The notes: a model not told the origin generated them from the sequence alone. Shown: positions 27,966 through 38,280, counted from the stretch's first letter. The stretch: DNA of 64,000 nt from an uncultured Rhodospirillales bacterium (GCA_938008885.1 CALLIV010000116.1:1366-65365), one strand, 5' to 3'. Translations and numbers: made by a program.

Positions 27966-29450
27966 ATGGCTGAGCGGCGCCCCAATCCTCGCACCGTGCT
28001 GCTGATCGTCGCCTCCGCGATGTTCATGGAACAGCTCGACGGGACGGTGCTCGCGACCGCGCTGCCGACCATGGCCCGCAGCTTCGGCGCCGATCCGCTG
28101 CGCATGAACGTGGCGCTGACCGCCTACCTGCTGACGCTCGCGATGTTCATTCCCGCCAGCGGGCGCATCGCCGACCGGTTCGGCTCCCGCACCACGTTCC
28201 GCTTCGCCATCGGCCTGTTCACGCTGGGCTCGATCGCCTGCGCGCAGGCGCCCACGCTCTGGACGCTGGTGGCGGCGCGCATGCTGCAGGGCGCGGGCGG
28301 GGCGATGATGTCGCCGGTCGGACGGCTGGTGATGCTGCGGGTCGTCTCCAAGAGCGAGCTGGTGCGCTCGATGGCCTGGCTGATGATCCCCGCCACCATC
28401 GGTCCGATCGTCGGCCCGCCGCTGGGTGGTTTCATCGTCACCTACCTGTCCTGGCACTGGATCTTCTACATCAACGTGCCGATCGGCATCATCGGCATCG
28501 TGCTCGTCACGATCTTCATCGACGAGATGCGGGAGCCGCGGCGCCAGCCCTTCGACGTGCTGGGGCTGGTGCTGTCCGGCACCGCGCTCGCCTGCCTGAT
28601 GTTCGGGATCGAGATCGCCAGCCGCGGCGTCGGGGCGTGGTGGATCGTGGCGCTGCTGCTGGGGATCGGAGGCACCGCCGCCGCGCTGTACTGGCGCCAC
28701 GCGAAGCGGCACGCCCGGCCGATGCTCGATTTCGCGCTGATGCGCATCGAGACCTTCCGGCTGTCGGTCTATTGCGGCACGCTGTCGCGCATCGCGGTGG
28801 GCGCCATGCCCTTCCTGCTGCCGATGATGCTGCAACTCGGCTTCGGCATGTCGGCGGTGCAGAGCGGCGCGATCACCTTCGTGGGCTCGATCGGCTCGCT
28901 CGCCATGCGCGTCTGCGCCCCCTGGTTCCTCCGCCAGCTCGGATTCCGCAACGTGCTGATGTGGATCGGCGCGCTCGCGACCGTGCTGCTGGGCACCACC
29001 GCCGCCTTCCGGCCGGCCTGGCCCATCTGGGCGATCTACGGCGTGCTGCTGGCGAACGGGTTTTTCCAGTCGCTGCAGTTCATGGCCTACAACACGATCG
29101 CCTATGCCGACGTGCCGCGCACGGACATGAGCGCCGCGACCAGCTTCTACACCACGTTCCAGCAGATGTCGCTCACGCTGGGGATCGCGATCTCGGCCGC
29201 GGCGCTCGCCGGATCGGTCGCGCTGACCGGACATGGCTCGCCGCATCTCGGGGATTTCTCCGCGGCGTTCCTGTTCGTCGCCACGGTCTCGATGATGGCG
29301 CCGCTGCTGGCGACGCGGCTTGCGCCGGGGGCAGGGGCCGAACTCTCGGGCCATCGGGACACGCCGGGTCGGCGGAGTTCGGATTTCTCCGCGGCTCCGG
29401 CCGCCGTTGCGGTGCCCGTTCCGAGCGGGAAGGATGGGGAGGCGCGCTGA
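27966..29450 (+). CDS. DHA2-type MFS transporter
   Basis: MEQLDGTVLATALP, GRIADRFG, RMLQGAGGAMM and GPIVGPPLGG motifs. Confidence 0.92.
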   Translation: MAERRPNPRTVLLIVASAMFMEQLDGTVLATALPTMARSFGADPLRMNVALTAYLLTLAMFIPASGRIADRFGSRTTFRFAIGLFTLGSIACAQAPTLWTLVAARMLQGAGGAMMSPVGRLVMLRVVSKSELVRSMAWLMIPATIGPIVGPPLGGFIVTYLSWHWIFYINVPIGIIGIVLVTIFIDEMREPRRQPFDVLGLVLSGTALACLMFGIEIASRGVGAWWIVALLLGIGGTAAALYWRHAKRHARPMLDFALMRIETFRLSVYCGTLSRIAVGAMPFLLPMMLQLGFGMSAVQSGAITFVGSIGSLAMRVCAPWFLRQLGFRNVLMWIGALATVLLGTTAAFRPAWPIWAIYGVLLANGFFQSLQFMAYNTIAYADVPRTDMSAATSFYTTFQQMSLTLGIAISAAALAGSVALTGHGSPHLGDFSAAFLFVATVSMMAPLLATRLAPGAGAELSGHRDTPGRRSSDFSAAPAAVAVPVPSGKDGEAR

Positions 29451-29476
29451 GCCTGTGCAGGGTCGGTGTCTGAAGT

Positions 29477-29899
29477 GGTTTCACCACGGAGGAAGCAGGA
29501 GGGCCACGGAGGGCCACGGAGGATGATTTCGCTGCGCGGTGCGGCGCGCGGCGGAGTGCTTCCAGGCGCAGCGTCCAGGGACGTCGCGAAGCGCACAGCG
29601 GATATAGATGAAGCGTGCAGGTGATGAGGCGATCAGGCGACGAAGGCGAAGCGTCACGTGCCGCATGCGGCGGCTCCACTCGACGAGACCGACGACGCGA
29701 CGAGACGAGGCCGACGCATCTATGCGGCCAACCCGAAGCCTCGAAGCGGCACAGCCAGAGCGTGCATCCGGCGCAGGCGAAGCATCCACTCGGCGCGCAG
29801 CGCCCCGAATCGACCCGGCGGTTGCGCGTGACCCGCGGTGTCGCCCTGGTCCGACCTCCCGTGGCCCTCCGTGGCCCTCCGTCTCCTCCGTGGTGAACC
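29477..29899. repeat. About 45-bp inverted repeats (29477-29522 and 29855-29899) enclosing about 330 bp
   Basis: ggtttcaccacggaggaagcaggagggccacggagggccacggagg versus the reverse complement of cctcccgtggccctccgtggccctccgtctcctccgtggtgaacc. Confidence 0.85.
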
Positions 29900-29948
29900 G
29901 CCACGGCCGCCCACCGCAGCGGCCTCCCGGCGTACCCCCGGACGCAAG

Positions 29949-30785
29949 CTACCCGAGCGTGAGCACCGCGATGCTCACGAGCCCGACAAACCCGCAGTAA
30001 TATGCGAACGGATTCAGCGCCCAGGAATCATGGCTGCGGAAGTAGCGCATGAGAAACGCCGTGCTGGCATAGGCGGTGACACCTGCGACGACCGCCGCCA
30101 GCAGCGACATCTGCAGCACGCCCGGCGCGACGCCCTGGTGCATCAGCTTCGGCACTTCCAGCACCGTCGCGCCCAGGATGATCGGAGTCGCGATCAGGAA
30201 GGAGAAATGCGCCGCCCCCTCATGGTCGATCCCGCGCAGCAGGCCGCCCACGATCGTCGCACCGGAGCGGGAGATGCCGGGGATCAGCGCGGTGCATTGC
30301 CAGCACCCGATCAGCAGCGCGTCCTTCGGCGTCAGGCTCGACAGCGGCCGATGCCCGCCGCGGCCGCGCAGCTGCTCGCCGAACAGCAGCAGCCCGCCAT
30401 TGACGATCAGGAAGAACGCCGCGACCAGCGGCGAGCCGAACAGGCCGCGCACGAATTTCTCGAGCAGGAAGCCCAGGATCACGGCCGGGATCGTGGCGAG
30501 CACGATCAGCATGAACACGCGGCGGCTCTCGCCCACCTGGTGCGTATCGCCGATGCCCAGCACGCCGGTCCCCAGCGCCCACCAGTCGCGCCAGAAGAAC
30601 AGCAGCAGCGCGGCGGCGGTGCCCAGATGGAGCATGACGAGGAAGGGCAGGAACTCGTGCGCGCGCTGGTCGATTCCCCAGCCGAGGACGGCGGGAAGGA
30701 CCACGGCATGCCCGAGGCTGCTGACCGGGAAGAGTTCCGTCGCGCCCTGCAGGATGGCGATCAGGATCGAGTGGATGGCGTCCAT
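29949..30785 (-). CDS. uppP: Undecaprenyl-diphosphate phosphatase (BacA/UppP)
   Basis: Start ATG 30785. QGATELFPVSSLGH and ALIPGISRSG motifs. Confidence 0.93.
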   Translation of the reverse strand: MDAIHSILIAILQGATELFPVSSLGHAVVLPAVLGWGIDQRAHEFLPFLVMLHLGTAAALLLFFWRDWWALGTGVLGIGDTHQVGESRRVFMLIVLATIPAVILGFLLEKFVRGLFGSPLVAAFFLIVNGGLLLFGEQLRGRGGHRPLSSLTPKDALLIGCWQCTALIPGISRSGATIVGGLLRGIDHEGAAHFSFLIATPIILGATVLEVPKLMHQGVAPGVLQMSLLAAVVAGVTAYASTAFLMRYFRSHDSWALNPFAYYCGFVGLVSIAVLTLG

Positions 30786-30890
30786 GCCGGGTTCCTGTGT
30801 GACGCGGCGCGAGTCGGCGAATCGTATGCGCGTCATAACGGCGCGGAACGGGAAGACCAACCCCGCACGCCATCCACAGCGCGTGAGGTT

Positions 30891-31991
30891 TCAGTCGTTC
30901 AGCGGATACGCCGACATCAGCCGCTTCTGCAGCCGCCAGTGCCGCCACATGTCGCGCAGCCCCGACGGGCGCGCGCCCCGCGCCCGGTTGGCCGCGCCGA
31001 TGCGGAACGCCGCGCCGTAGTGGAAGAATTGCGCGCGCCATGCCTCGCGCAGCGTGGTGCGGCGGTCCCAGATATGCGTCGCCTCGGACCCGGTCCCGTT
31101 GATTTCGATCACGGTGAAGTCACCGCGCACCAGGGACGGCACCGACTCGTACCGCACGTCGATGCGGCCGAAATGGAAGTCGGGCAGCGCGCGGGCCAGG
31201 CGCTCGACCGCCGCGACCAGCCCGGGCGTGGCGAGGTGCCGGCCGTCCTCGAAGATCGAGCCCTTGCAGTGGTTGCCGACGAACACGAGCCGGACGGTCT
31301 CGCCCTGCCGCGGGACCTCGTGCAGCCGGTGGCGCAGCCGCTCGAGATAGAGATGCGAGACCTTGCCCGCGCGGGTGTCCGCGAGGATGAGCTGGTGCAG
31401 CGTCGACCGGCCGTCGCCGGTCACGGTGGGCGCGTGCTTGAGCGTGATCGAAGTGACGCGGCCCTCCGCCTCCCCCGGCAGGCGGACGTAGAAGAGGCCG
31501 GCTTCGAGCGGCGCTTCCACGAATTCCTGCAGCACCATGCGCGTATCGCGCGGATAGGCGCTCACGTAGCGGCGCAGGTCGCCGGCACCGCGCAGCAGCC
31601 GCACGCCCGTGCCGTTGCAGCCGATATCGGGCTTGCCCACCACCGGCCAGGCGAGGCCCGCCGCCGCCATCGCCGCCTCCGCGGCCGCCACGTCGGCATC
31701 GCCGCTCCAGTGATGGGTGGTGATGCCGGTGGTGCGGGCCAGCAGGTCGCGCGCCGCCGGCCCGACCTGGTCGAGGATGTCGAGCTTCGACTCCCCGCAC
31801 AGCCCGCCGGTCGGGATGTTCGGATTGGCCGCGGTCGGCAGGCTCATATCCCCGTACCACAGGCCGAGGCCGATCCAGTGCGCGACGACCGGGGTGTAGA
31901 ACAGCCAGTCGGGCCAGAACTCGAAATAGGAGAGCGGACCTTCGCCTCGGGCCGACTCGCGGGCGAAGCGCAGCGCGGTCTCGAGCTTCAT
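30891..31991 (-). CDS. Uncharacterised ATP-grasp-fold protein (D-Ala-D-Ala ligase-like)
   Basis: Start ATG 31991 overlaps the dedA stop (ATGA). PVVGKPDIGCNGTGV, LQEFV, GRIDVRY and VIEING motifs are ATP-grasp-like. Confidence 0.75.
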   Translation of the reverse strand: MKLETALRFARESARGEGPLSYFEFWPDWLFYTPVVAHWIGLGLWYGDMSLPTAANPNIPTGGLCGESKLDILDQVGPAARDLLARTTGITTHHWSGDADVAAAEAAMAAAGLAWPVVGKPDIGCNGTGVRLLRGAGDLRRYVSAYPRDTRMVLQEFVEAPLEAGLFYVRLPGEAEGRVTSITLKHAPTVTGDGRSTLHQLILADTRAGKVSHLYLERLRHRLHEVPRQGETVRLVFVGNHCKGSIFEDGRHLATPGLVAAVERLARALPDFHFGRIDVRYESVPSLVRGDFTVIEINGTGSEATHIWDRRTTLREAWRAQFFHYGAAFRIGAANRARGARPSGLRDMWRHWRLQKRLMSAYPLND

Positions 31992-32569
31992 CGCCGTGCC
32001 GCCTGCAGCCCGGCCGCCGCGGCGCGGCCGGCGATGATGACGAACACGACGAAGCCTGCCGCGCCGGCCCAGCGCCACGCGCCCAAATGGTCCATCAGGA
32101 AGCGTCCGACATGAAGGGAAACGGCGAACAGCAGCGTGGTCCATGCCGACGTCGCGATGACGGCGGCCGCGGCGAACTGCCGGAGATTGGCGCCCACGAA
32201 GCCGCAGGTGGTGTAGGTCGGCAAGCGGAGGCCCGGAAGGAACCGGCTGACCAGCACGACGCGGAACACGCGGCCTTCGAGCCAGGCGCGCACGGCCTCG
32301 TGCCGCTGCGGCGGCAGGTGGCGCGCGATCCAGGGCACATGGGCGGCGGCGCGGCCCAGCCCGTAGAGACCGAGGTCCCCGAGGACGATCCCGACATAGA
32401 GCGAGCCGAGGGCGAGCGGGATCGGAATGCTGCCGTCCTGCGCCTGCATCGCAGCACCGACCGTGGCGGCATCTTCGAGGATGAAGGTTCCGAGGATGAT
32501 GGCCGTGGCCTGGAGGACGGGGGATGTACCGGCCCAGAGCAGCAGCGAGGCGATCGAGGTACCAAACAT
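31988..32569 (-). CDS. DedA/VTT family membrane protein
   Basis: GTFILEDAAT, GIVLGDLGLYGLGR and SRFLPGLRLPTY motifs; start 32569 or 32617. Confidence 0.88.
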   Translation of the reverse strand: MFGTSIASLLLWAGTSPVLQATAIILGTFILEDAATVGAAMQAQDGSIPIPLALGSLYVGIVLGDLGLYGLGRAAAHVPWIARHLPPQRHEAVRAWLEGRVFRVVLVSRFLPGLRLPTYTTCGFVGANLRQFAAAAVIATSAWTTLLFAVSLHVGRFLMDHLGAWRWAGAAGFVVFVIIAGRAAAAGLQAARR

Positions 32570-32818
32570 GATCGTCCGCGAACGGCCCTTTGCTTGGGAT
32601 GGCGGTCGGCGAGACATGGGGCCGGCCCGTAGCCCGTGAGAATCACCTATGGGTGAGGGTTCACGGGACGCGTGCCGGAGGCTGTGGCATAGTCCAACAA
32701 CATGAGCACGTCACGCTGTGATCACGAATCTGTGAGCAACCCAGGCCTGCGCCATGCCTCTGGACAGGTTCGTTCCGGGTCCGGCGGGAATGAGCCTGCT
32801 GCGGGCGATCGCAATCGC

Positions 32819-33949
32819 ATGGCCGACACCACTCGCAACGGCCGCCTCCCGCTTGGCGAGGCGACACACGATCACACCGGGGACGCGCGGGCCGAGCGAG
32901 GGCCGGGTGAGCACGCTCATGCCGGGCACGGGCATGCCGGGGACGCGAATGCCGGGGACGGGCACGACCATGGCGGGCACGACCACGCCGGGCACGAGCA
33001 TGCCGAGCAGGGGCATGCCGAGCAGGGGCATGTCCACGGGGGCGGCGGCCACCACCATCACCATCATGGTCCGCCCGTGGGCAATGACCGCGCCTTCGCG
33101 ATCGCCGCGGCTGCGAACACCGGCTTCGTGGTGGCCGAGATCGGCTTCGGCATCGCGGCGAACTCCGTCGCCCTGGTCGCCGACGCCGTGCACAACCTGG
33201 GCGACGTGCTCGCGCTGCTCCTCGGTTGGGGTGCCGCATGGCTGGGGCGGCGCCCACCGCGGGGGCGACGCACCTACGGGTGGGGACGCAGCTCGATCCT
33301 GGCCGCCCTGCTGAACGCGGCGATCCTGCTGGTGGGCGTGGGGGCGATCGCGGTCGAAGCGGTGCAGCGCCTGTTCGATCCGCAGCCGGTCGCCGAGATG
33401 ACGGTGATGATCGTCGCGGGGCTGGGGATCCTGGTGAACGGCGGCACCGCGCTGCTGTTCATGGCCGGCCGGGAGAAGGACCTGAACGTCAAGGCGCAGT
33501 TCCTCCATCTGGGCGGGGATGCGCTGATCTCGCTGGGCGTGGTGGTTGCGGCGCTGGCGATCCAGGTGACCGGCCTCGCCTGGATCGATCCGCTCGCCAG
33601 CATCGGCATTGCGATCGCGATCGCCGTCGGCACCTGGGGGCTGCTGCGCGAATCGGTCGATCTGGCGATGGACGCCGTCCCGCAGCAGGTCGAGCAGGCG
33701 GCGGTGGAGGGCTGGCTCGCCTCCCTGCCGGGCGTGGTGGAGGTGCATGACCTCCACATCTGGGGCCTCAGCACGACCGAGACCGCGCTGACGGCGCATC
33801 TCGTCTGCACCGGGGAGCCGGAGGACCGGCGCCCGCACGAGGTGGCCGCGCAATTGCGCCAGCGCTTCGGCATCGGCCACGCGACGCTGCAGATCGAGAG
33901 CGCGGACGATGCGGCCCTGTGCCGCCTCCGCCCGAACGAGATCGTCTGA
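32819..33949 (+). CDS. Cation diffusion facilitator (CzcD/ZitB-like) with His-rich N-terminal tail
   Basis: ADAVHNLGD, TYGWGRSSILAALLN, FLHLGGDA and HDLHIW motifs; His-rich repeats at 32870-33070. Confidence 0.92.
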   Translation: MADTTRNGRLPLGEATHDHTGDARAERGPGEHAHAGHGHAGDANAGDGHDHGGHDHAGHEHAEQGHAEQGHVHGGGGHHHHHHGPPVGNDRAFAIAAAANTGFVVAEIGFGIAANSVALVADAVHNLGDVLALLLGWGAAWLGRRPPRGRRTYGWGRSSILAALLNAAILLVGVGAIAVEAVQRLFDPQPVAEMTVMIVAGLGILVNGGTALLFMAGREKDLNVKAQFLHLGGDALISLGVVVAALAIQVTGLAWIDPLASIGIAIAIAVGTWGLLRESVDLAMDAVPQQVEQAAVEGWLASLPGVVEVHDLHIWGLSTTETALTAHLVCTGEPEDRRPHEVAAQLRQRFGIGHATLQIESADDAALCRLRPNEIV

Positions 33950-34035
33950 CCCGCTAAGCGTTCCGGCGTGGGGAGCGGTCGTCGAGGTGATGGCTGCGGG
34001 GGAGGGCCTTTGTGTCGCGGCCGATGAAGGCCCAC

Positions 34036-34087
34036 GGTGTCATGGCCGACGGGGCCGGGGCAGTACAGCGGGCCGGGACATGACACC
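34036..34087. repeat. Short REP-like palindrome
   Basis: ggtgtcatggcc...gggacatgacacc, with the same terminal motif as 20655. Confidence 0.7.
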
Positions 34088-34100
34088 GGGCCGACGCACG

Positions 34101-34134
34101 AAAAAAGAAAGGCGGTGCCGGGTTCGGCACCGCC
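34101..34134 (-). terminator. Rho-independent terminator
   Basis: Minus strand GGCGGTGCCG-AACC-CGGCACCGCC followed by TTTCTTTTTT. Confidence 0.9.
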
Positions 34135-34190
34135 AAGTTTGGGGAGGAGTCCAAGAGAGGAGCGACCGAGAAGATCTCGTCCGCTTCTCG
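34101..34190 (-). ncRNA. Candidate ~90-nt sRNA (SuhB/alpha-r8-like architecture)
   Basis: 5' hairpin GAGAAG...CTTCTC, CU-rich tract CTCCTCTCTTGGACTCCTCCCCAAACTT, intrinsic terminator, and an upstream FNR box at class II spacing. Confidence 0.65.
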
Positions 34191-34224
34191 AGGCTCACCA
34201 TGCCGTGAGCCGCGCCGGCCGCCA

Positions 34225-34238
34225 TTGATCTGGATCAA
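34225..34238. promoter_or_regulatory. FNR/FixK box
   Basis: Perfect TTGAT-CTGG-ATCAA; centre 34231.5; candidate -10 CATGGT at 34202-34197 (minus strand). Confidence 0.8.
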
Positions 34239-34300
34239 AGCCAGCGATTTTTCGTGGCACCACGAGCCACGCCGCGCCTTCGGCGACCCGGATGCCGCTC

Positions 34301-35698
34301 TCACGCCGACGCGGCGGCGATCCGGACCAGCGCTTCGTCGCGGCCCAGCGCGGCCAGAGTCGCATCGATCCCGGGGCTCACCGTACTGCCCGTCAGCGCC
34401 GCGCGCAGCGGTTGCGCCACCTGGCCCAGCTTCCGCTCCGTCGCCTCCGCGAAGGCGCGCAACGCCGCGTCCAGCGCCGCGACGGAGAAATCCGTCTGCG
34501 CCAGGGCCGGCGCGAGGTCGCGCAGCATCAGTTTCGCCTCGGGCGTCAGCGCCGCCGCGGCCTTCGGCTCGAAGGGCAGGGGGACGACGCGCGCGAGGAA
34601 GGCGGCCGCGTCCGCCAGCTCCACCACCGTCTTCGCCCGCTCCTTGAGCGCCGGCATCAGCGCGAGGATGCGTCCCGCGGCGATCGCGCCCAGCGACAGG
34701 TCGTGGCGGTGCGCGAGCCGCTGCAGCACCTCCCTCGTCAGCCGCTCGTCATCGGCCTGGCGGATGTACATGCCGTTCAGGTGGGTCAGCTTGGCGTAAT
34801 CCATCCGCGCCGCGCCGCGGTTGACGTCGACGATGTCGAACAGCCGGACCGCCTCCTCCATCGGCACGAACTCGAGGTCGCCATGCGACCACCCGAGCCG
34901 GAGGAGGTAGTTGCAGACGGCTTCGGGGAGGAAGCCCTGCTCGCGGAACTCGAGCACCGAGACGGCGCCATGCCGCTTCGACAGCTTCGCGCCGTCGGCG
35001 CCGTGGATCAGCGGGATGTGGGCGAAGGCCGGCGTCTCCCAGCCCATGGCCTGGTAGATCTGCACCTGGCGGAACGTGTTGGTCAGGTGATCGTCGCCAC
35101 GGATGACGTGGGTGATGCCCATGTCGTGGTCGTCCACCACGACGGCGTGCAGGTAGGTGGGCGTGCCGTCGCTGCGCAGGATGATCATGTCGTCCAGCTC
35201 GCCATTCGCGACGCGGACGGTGCCCTGCACCAGGTCCTCGACCACGGTCTCGCCCTCGCGCGGCGCCTTCAGGCGGATGGCGGGGGAGACGCCCTCCGGC
35301 GCCTCGGAGGGGTCGCGGTCGCGCCAACGCCCGTCGTAGCGGGGGGAGCGGCCCTCGGCGATCGCCTGCTCGCGCATCTGCTTGAGCTCGTCCGCCGTGC
35401 AGTAGCAGCGATAGGCGCGGCCGGCCTCCAGCAACTGGTGCGCGACCTCCGCATGGCGGGCGCTGCGGGTCGACTGGAACACGGTCTGGCCGTCATGCTT
35501 GAGGCCCAGCCAGTCGAGGCCTTCCAGGATCACCTGGGTTGCCGCGTCGGTGGAGCGTTCGCGGTCCGTGTCTTCGATCCGCAGCAGGAACTCGCCGCCG
35601 GTGTGGCGGCTGTAGAGATAGTTGAACAGCGCGGTGCGGGCGCCGCCGATATGCAGCAGGCCGGTGGGGCTGGGGGCGAAGCGGGTGCGGACGGTCAT
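34301..35698 (-). CDS. gltX: Glutamate--tRNA ligase
   Basis: Start ATG 35698. [16 protein letters not shown] (HIGH), LRIEDTD, IRGDDH and KLSKR motifs. Confidence 0.97.
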   Translation of the reverse strand: MTVRTRFAPSPTGLLHIGGARTALFNYLYSRHTGGEFLLRIEDTDRERSTDAATQVILEGLDWLGLKHDGQTVFQSTRSARHAEVAHQLLEAGRAYRCYCTADELKQMREQAIAEGRSPRYDGRWRDRDPSEAPEGVSPAIRLKAPREGETVVEDLVQGTVRVANGELDDMIILRSDGTPTYLHAVVVDDHDMGITHVIRGDDHLTNTFRQVQIYQAMGWETPAFAHIPLIHGADGAKLSKRHGAVSVLEFREQGFLPEAVCNYLLRLGWSHGDLEFVPMEEAVRLFDIVDVNRGAARMDYAKLTHLNGMYIRQADDERLTREVLQRLAHRHDLSLGAIAAGRILALMPALKERAKTVVELADAAAFLARVVPLPFEPKAAAALTPEAKLMLRDLAPALAQTDFSVAALDAALRAFAEATERKLGQVAQPLRAALTGSTVSPGIDATLAALGRDEALVRIAAASA

Positions 35699-35895
35699 GC
35701 GCAGCAGATAGTGCAGAACGGCGCTGGGTGGAACGCCCGGCGGCCGGGCGCGTGGACGGTGGGGATCATGGCTGCTTCGCAGGCCGGGGGCGATGGCGGC
35801 TCCTGGAGCGGGGCTCCGCTGTTGCTGATCCACGGCCTGTTCTGTGCCGTAGGCATTCACCCGCTGGTGAGAGGTGCGGGCGCACATTCGCCCGC

Positions 35896-38040
35896 ATGGA
35901 TGCCCCGCTCATCGCACCTCCCCGCCGGGGCTTCGGCTGGCTTGCCGCCTGGCAGGAGGCGGAGGCGGGGCGCTTCGCGCTGTGGCTGCCGGTGTGCATG
36001 GCGGCGGGAGTGGTCGCCTACTTCCAGCTCCGCGCCGAACCGCCGCTCTGGTGGGGGTTCGCGGCGGGCCCGCTGCTCGTGGCGGCGTGGCTGCTGCGTC
36101 CCTGGCCCGCGATGGCCGGCACGGCTGGGGGGCTGGCGGCATTCGCGGCGGGGTTCCTGGCGGCGCAGATCGCGGCGGCGCGGGCGTTGCCCTTCGACCC
36201 GGTGCCCAGTCGGGCGGCGATCGTCACCGGCTGGGTCTACGGCGTTGAGATGCTGCCCGGCGGCCGGCGGATCACGCTGATGGATGCGGTGCTGGAGGGG
36301 GCGGCCGCGCCGTTCGGCCGCGCGGTGCGCATCCGGCTGCGGGCCGGGGACCCGGCGGAGGTCGCCAGCGGCGATCGGGTGCGCGTGCGCGCGCTGCTGC
36401 ACCCGCCGATGCCGCCCGCCTATCCCGGCGCCTGGGACATGCAGCGGGACGCGTTCTTCTCGGGCCTGTCCGCCGTCGGGACCGCGCTGGCGCCGGTGAC
36501 GATCGTCGGGGAGGCGCCGAACGGTCCGCTCGTGGCGATCGCGCGGTGGCGGGAGGCGATCAATGCGCGGCTGGATGCGCTGTTGCCGCCGGGGCAGGCC
36601 GCGCTTGCGCAGGCGCTGCTGACCGGCACGCAGACGGCGATCTCGCGGCCCGATATCGAGGCGTTCCGCGACTCCGGGCTCGCGCATCTGCTGTCGGTGT
36701 CGGGCCTGCACATCGCGATCGTCATCGGCATCGCCGCGGTCGGCGTGCGCCGCGGCCTCGCGCTCTGGCCGTGGGCCGCGCTGCACTGGCCGTTGAAGAT
36801 GCTGGGCCTTGCGGCGGGGCTGGTGGCGGGCGGGTTCTACATGGTGCTGACCGGCACCCAGGTGCCGATGGTGCGCAGCTTCCTGATGGCGGCGCTGTTC
36901 GCCGTGGCGAGCCTGACCGGCCGGCGGGTGCTGTCGCTGCGCAGCCTGGGCTTGGCCGCATCGCTGCTGATCGCGCTCGACCCGGTGCAGGTGGTCGGCG
37001 CCTCCATGCAGATGAGCTTCTTCGCGGTGACGGCGCTGCTGGCCGGCGCGGAGGTGACCGGGGCCTGGCTGCGCCGGCTGGGATGCCGCGGCTGGGCGGG
37101 GTGGGGTGCGGCGGCGGCCGGTGGCGCGGTGCTGACCAGCCTTCTCGCCGGCGGCGCGACGCTGCCCTTCTCGGCCTATCATTTCGGCCGGGTGCAGAGC
37201 TGGTTCGTGCTGGCCAATCTGGCGGCGGTGCCCCTGACCGGCATCCTGGTCATGCCGGCGGGCATGCTGGCGTTGTGCCTGATGCCGTTCGGCCTGGACG
37301 CCTGGCCGGTGTGGGCGATGGGGTGGGGGATCGAGGCCACGCTTTGGATCGCGCGCGCGGTGGCCGCGCTGCCGGGGGCGAGCTTCGGGGTTCCGCACCT
37401 GCCGGGCTGGGGGTTCGCTCTGCTCTGCCTCGGCCTGCTGTGGTGCGGATTATGGCGCTCCCGCCTGCGATGGGGCGGCGCCGCGCTGCTGGCGGCGGGA
37501 CTGGGCTCCGTGGCGGTGACGCGGCCCCCCGACCTGCTGGTGAGCGCGGATGCGCGGGTGATCGCGGTGCACCTGGCCGGCGAGATGTTCGTGCAGGTGA
37601 CGCATGGCGGCGGGCGCTTCACCGAGGCGGCCTGGCAGCACCTGTGGAACACCGGACCGCCGTTCCACCTGCCGCATGAGGGGCGGGGCGTCGATGGCGC
37701 GGTGCTGTGCGAGAGGTCGGGCTGCACGCTGCGGCCCAGGCCGGATGCCGGGGCGGCGCGGCTGGTGCGGGAGGCGGAGCGGATCGGCGATTGCGGCGGG
37801 ATCGCGGTGCTGGTCTCCGCCGAACCGGCGCGCGGCCTGTGCGCGAAGCCGTGGCCGGCGCTGGTGGACCGGTTCACGGTGTGGCGGGAGGGGGCGACGG
37901 CGATCTGGCTGGAGCCGACGGGGGTGCGCCTGCTGACCGACCGCGCGGATCGGGGCACGCGGCCCTGGGTGCCGCCGGTGCCCCAGCCGCATGCACGCCC
38001 CCCGCGCTCCACGTTGCTGCCGGCGCTTGAGGACAAATGA
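35896..38040 (+). CDS. comEC: ComEC/Rec2 competence channel
   Basis: Start reassigned to ATG 35896. [22 protein letters not shown] and LANLAAVP motifs; divergent from gltX as is usual in alphaproteobacteria. Confidence 0.9.
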   Translation: MDAPLIAPPRRGFGWLAAWQEAEAGRFALWLPVCMAAGVVAYFQLRAEPPLWWGFAAGPLLVAAWLLRPWPAMAGTAGGLAAFAAGFLAAQIAAARALPFDPVPSRAAIVTGWVYGVEMLPGGRRITLMDAVLEGAAAPFGRAVRIRLRAGDPAEVASGDRVRVRALLHPPMPPAYPGAWDMQRDAFFSGLSAVGTALAPVTIVGEAPNGPLVAIARWREAINARLDALLPPGQAALAQALLTGTQTAISRPDIEAFRDSGLAHLLSVSGLHIAIVIGIAAVGVRRGLALWPWAALHWPLKMLGLAAGLVAGGFYMVLTGTQVPMVRSFLMAALFAVASLTGRRVLSLRSLGLAASLLIALDPVQVVGASMQMSFFAVTALLAGAEVTGAWLRRLGCRGWAGWGAAAAGGAVLTSLLAGGATLPFSAYHFGRVQSWFVLANLAAVPLTGILVMPAGMLALCLMPFGLDAWPVWAMGWGIEATLWIARAVAALPGASFGVPHLPGWGFALLCLGLLWCGLWRSRLRWGGAALLAAGLGSVAVTRPPDLLVSADARVIAVHLAGEMFVQVTHGGGRFTEAAWQHLWNTGPPFHLPHEGRGVDGAVLCERSGCTLRPRPDAGAARLVREAERIGDCGGIAVLVSAEPARGLCAKPWPALVDRFTVWREGATAIWLEPTGVRLLTDRADRGTRPWVPPVPQPHARPPRSTLLPALEDK

Positions 38041-38105
38041 GGACGCGTGGGGGCAGGGGCGGGTCGAGCGGAGATGGAGGAGGAGAGGGACGTCCGCCCC
38101 GCCTC

Positions 38106-38256
38106 GTCATGGACGGGCTTGTTCCGGCCAACGTCCGCCCCGCCTCATCGTGACCGGGCCTCTTCCGGCCACCCTCCGAATTCCTCGTCATGGCCGGGCT
38201 TGTCCCGGCCATCCCAAGCGGCACCCTGCCTCGGGGATGGCCGGCCAAGACGCCGG
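38106..38256. repeat. REP-like cluster between convergent comEC and erpA
   Basis: gtcatggccgggcttgtcccggccatccc (38187) paired with gggatggccggcc (38234), plus degenerate copies at 38106 and 38147. Confidence 0.85.
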
Positions 38257-38280
38257 GCCCCCGCAACGACGCGAACGCCT

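Noticed and set aside
29523-29854. Possible GxxExxY gene remnant inside the inverted repeats
   Set aside because: No frame gives a convincing GxxExxY-like motif.
32634-32667. Interrupted inverted repeat in the dedA/CDF divergent region
   Set aside because: Imperfect, with no recognisable regulator motif; too weak to call.
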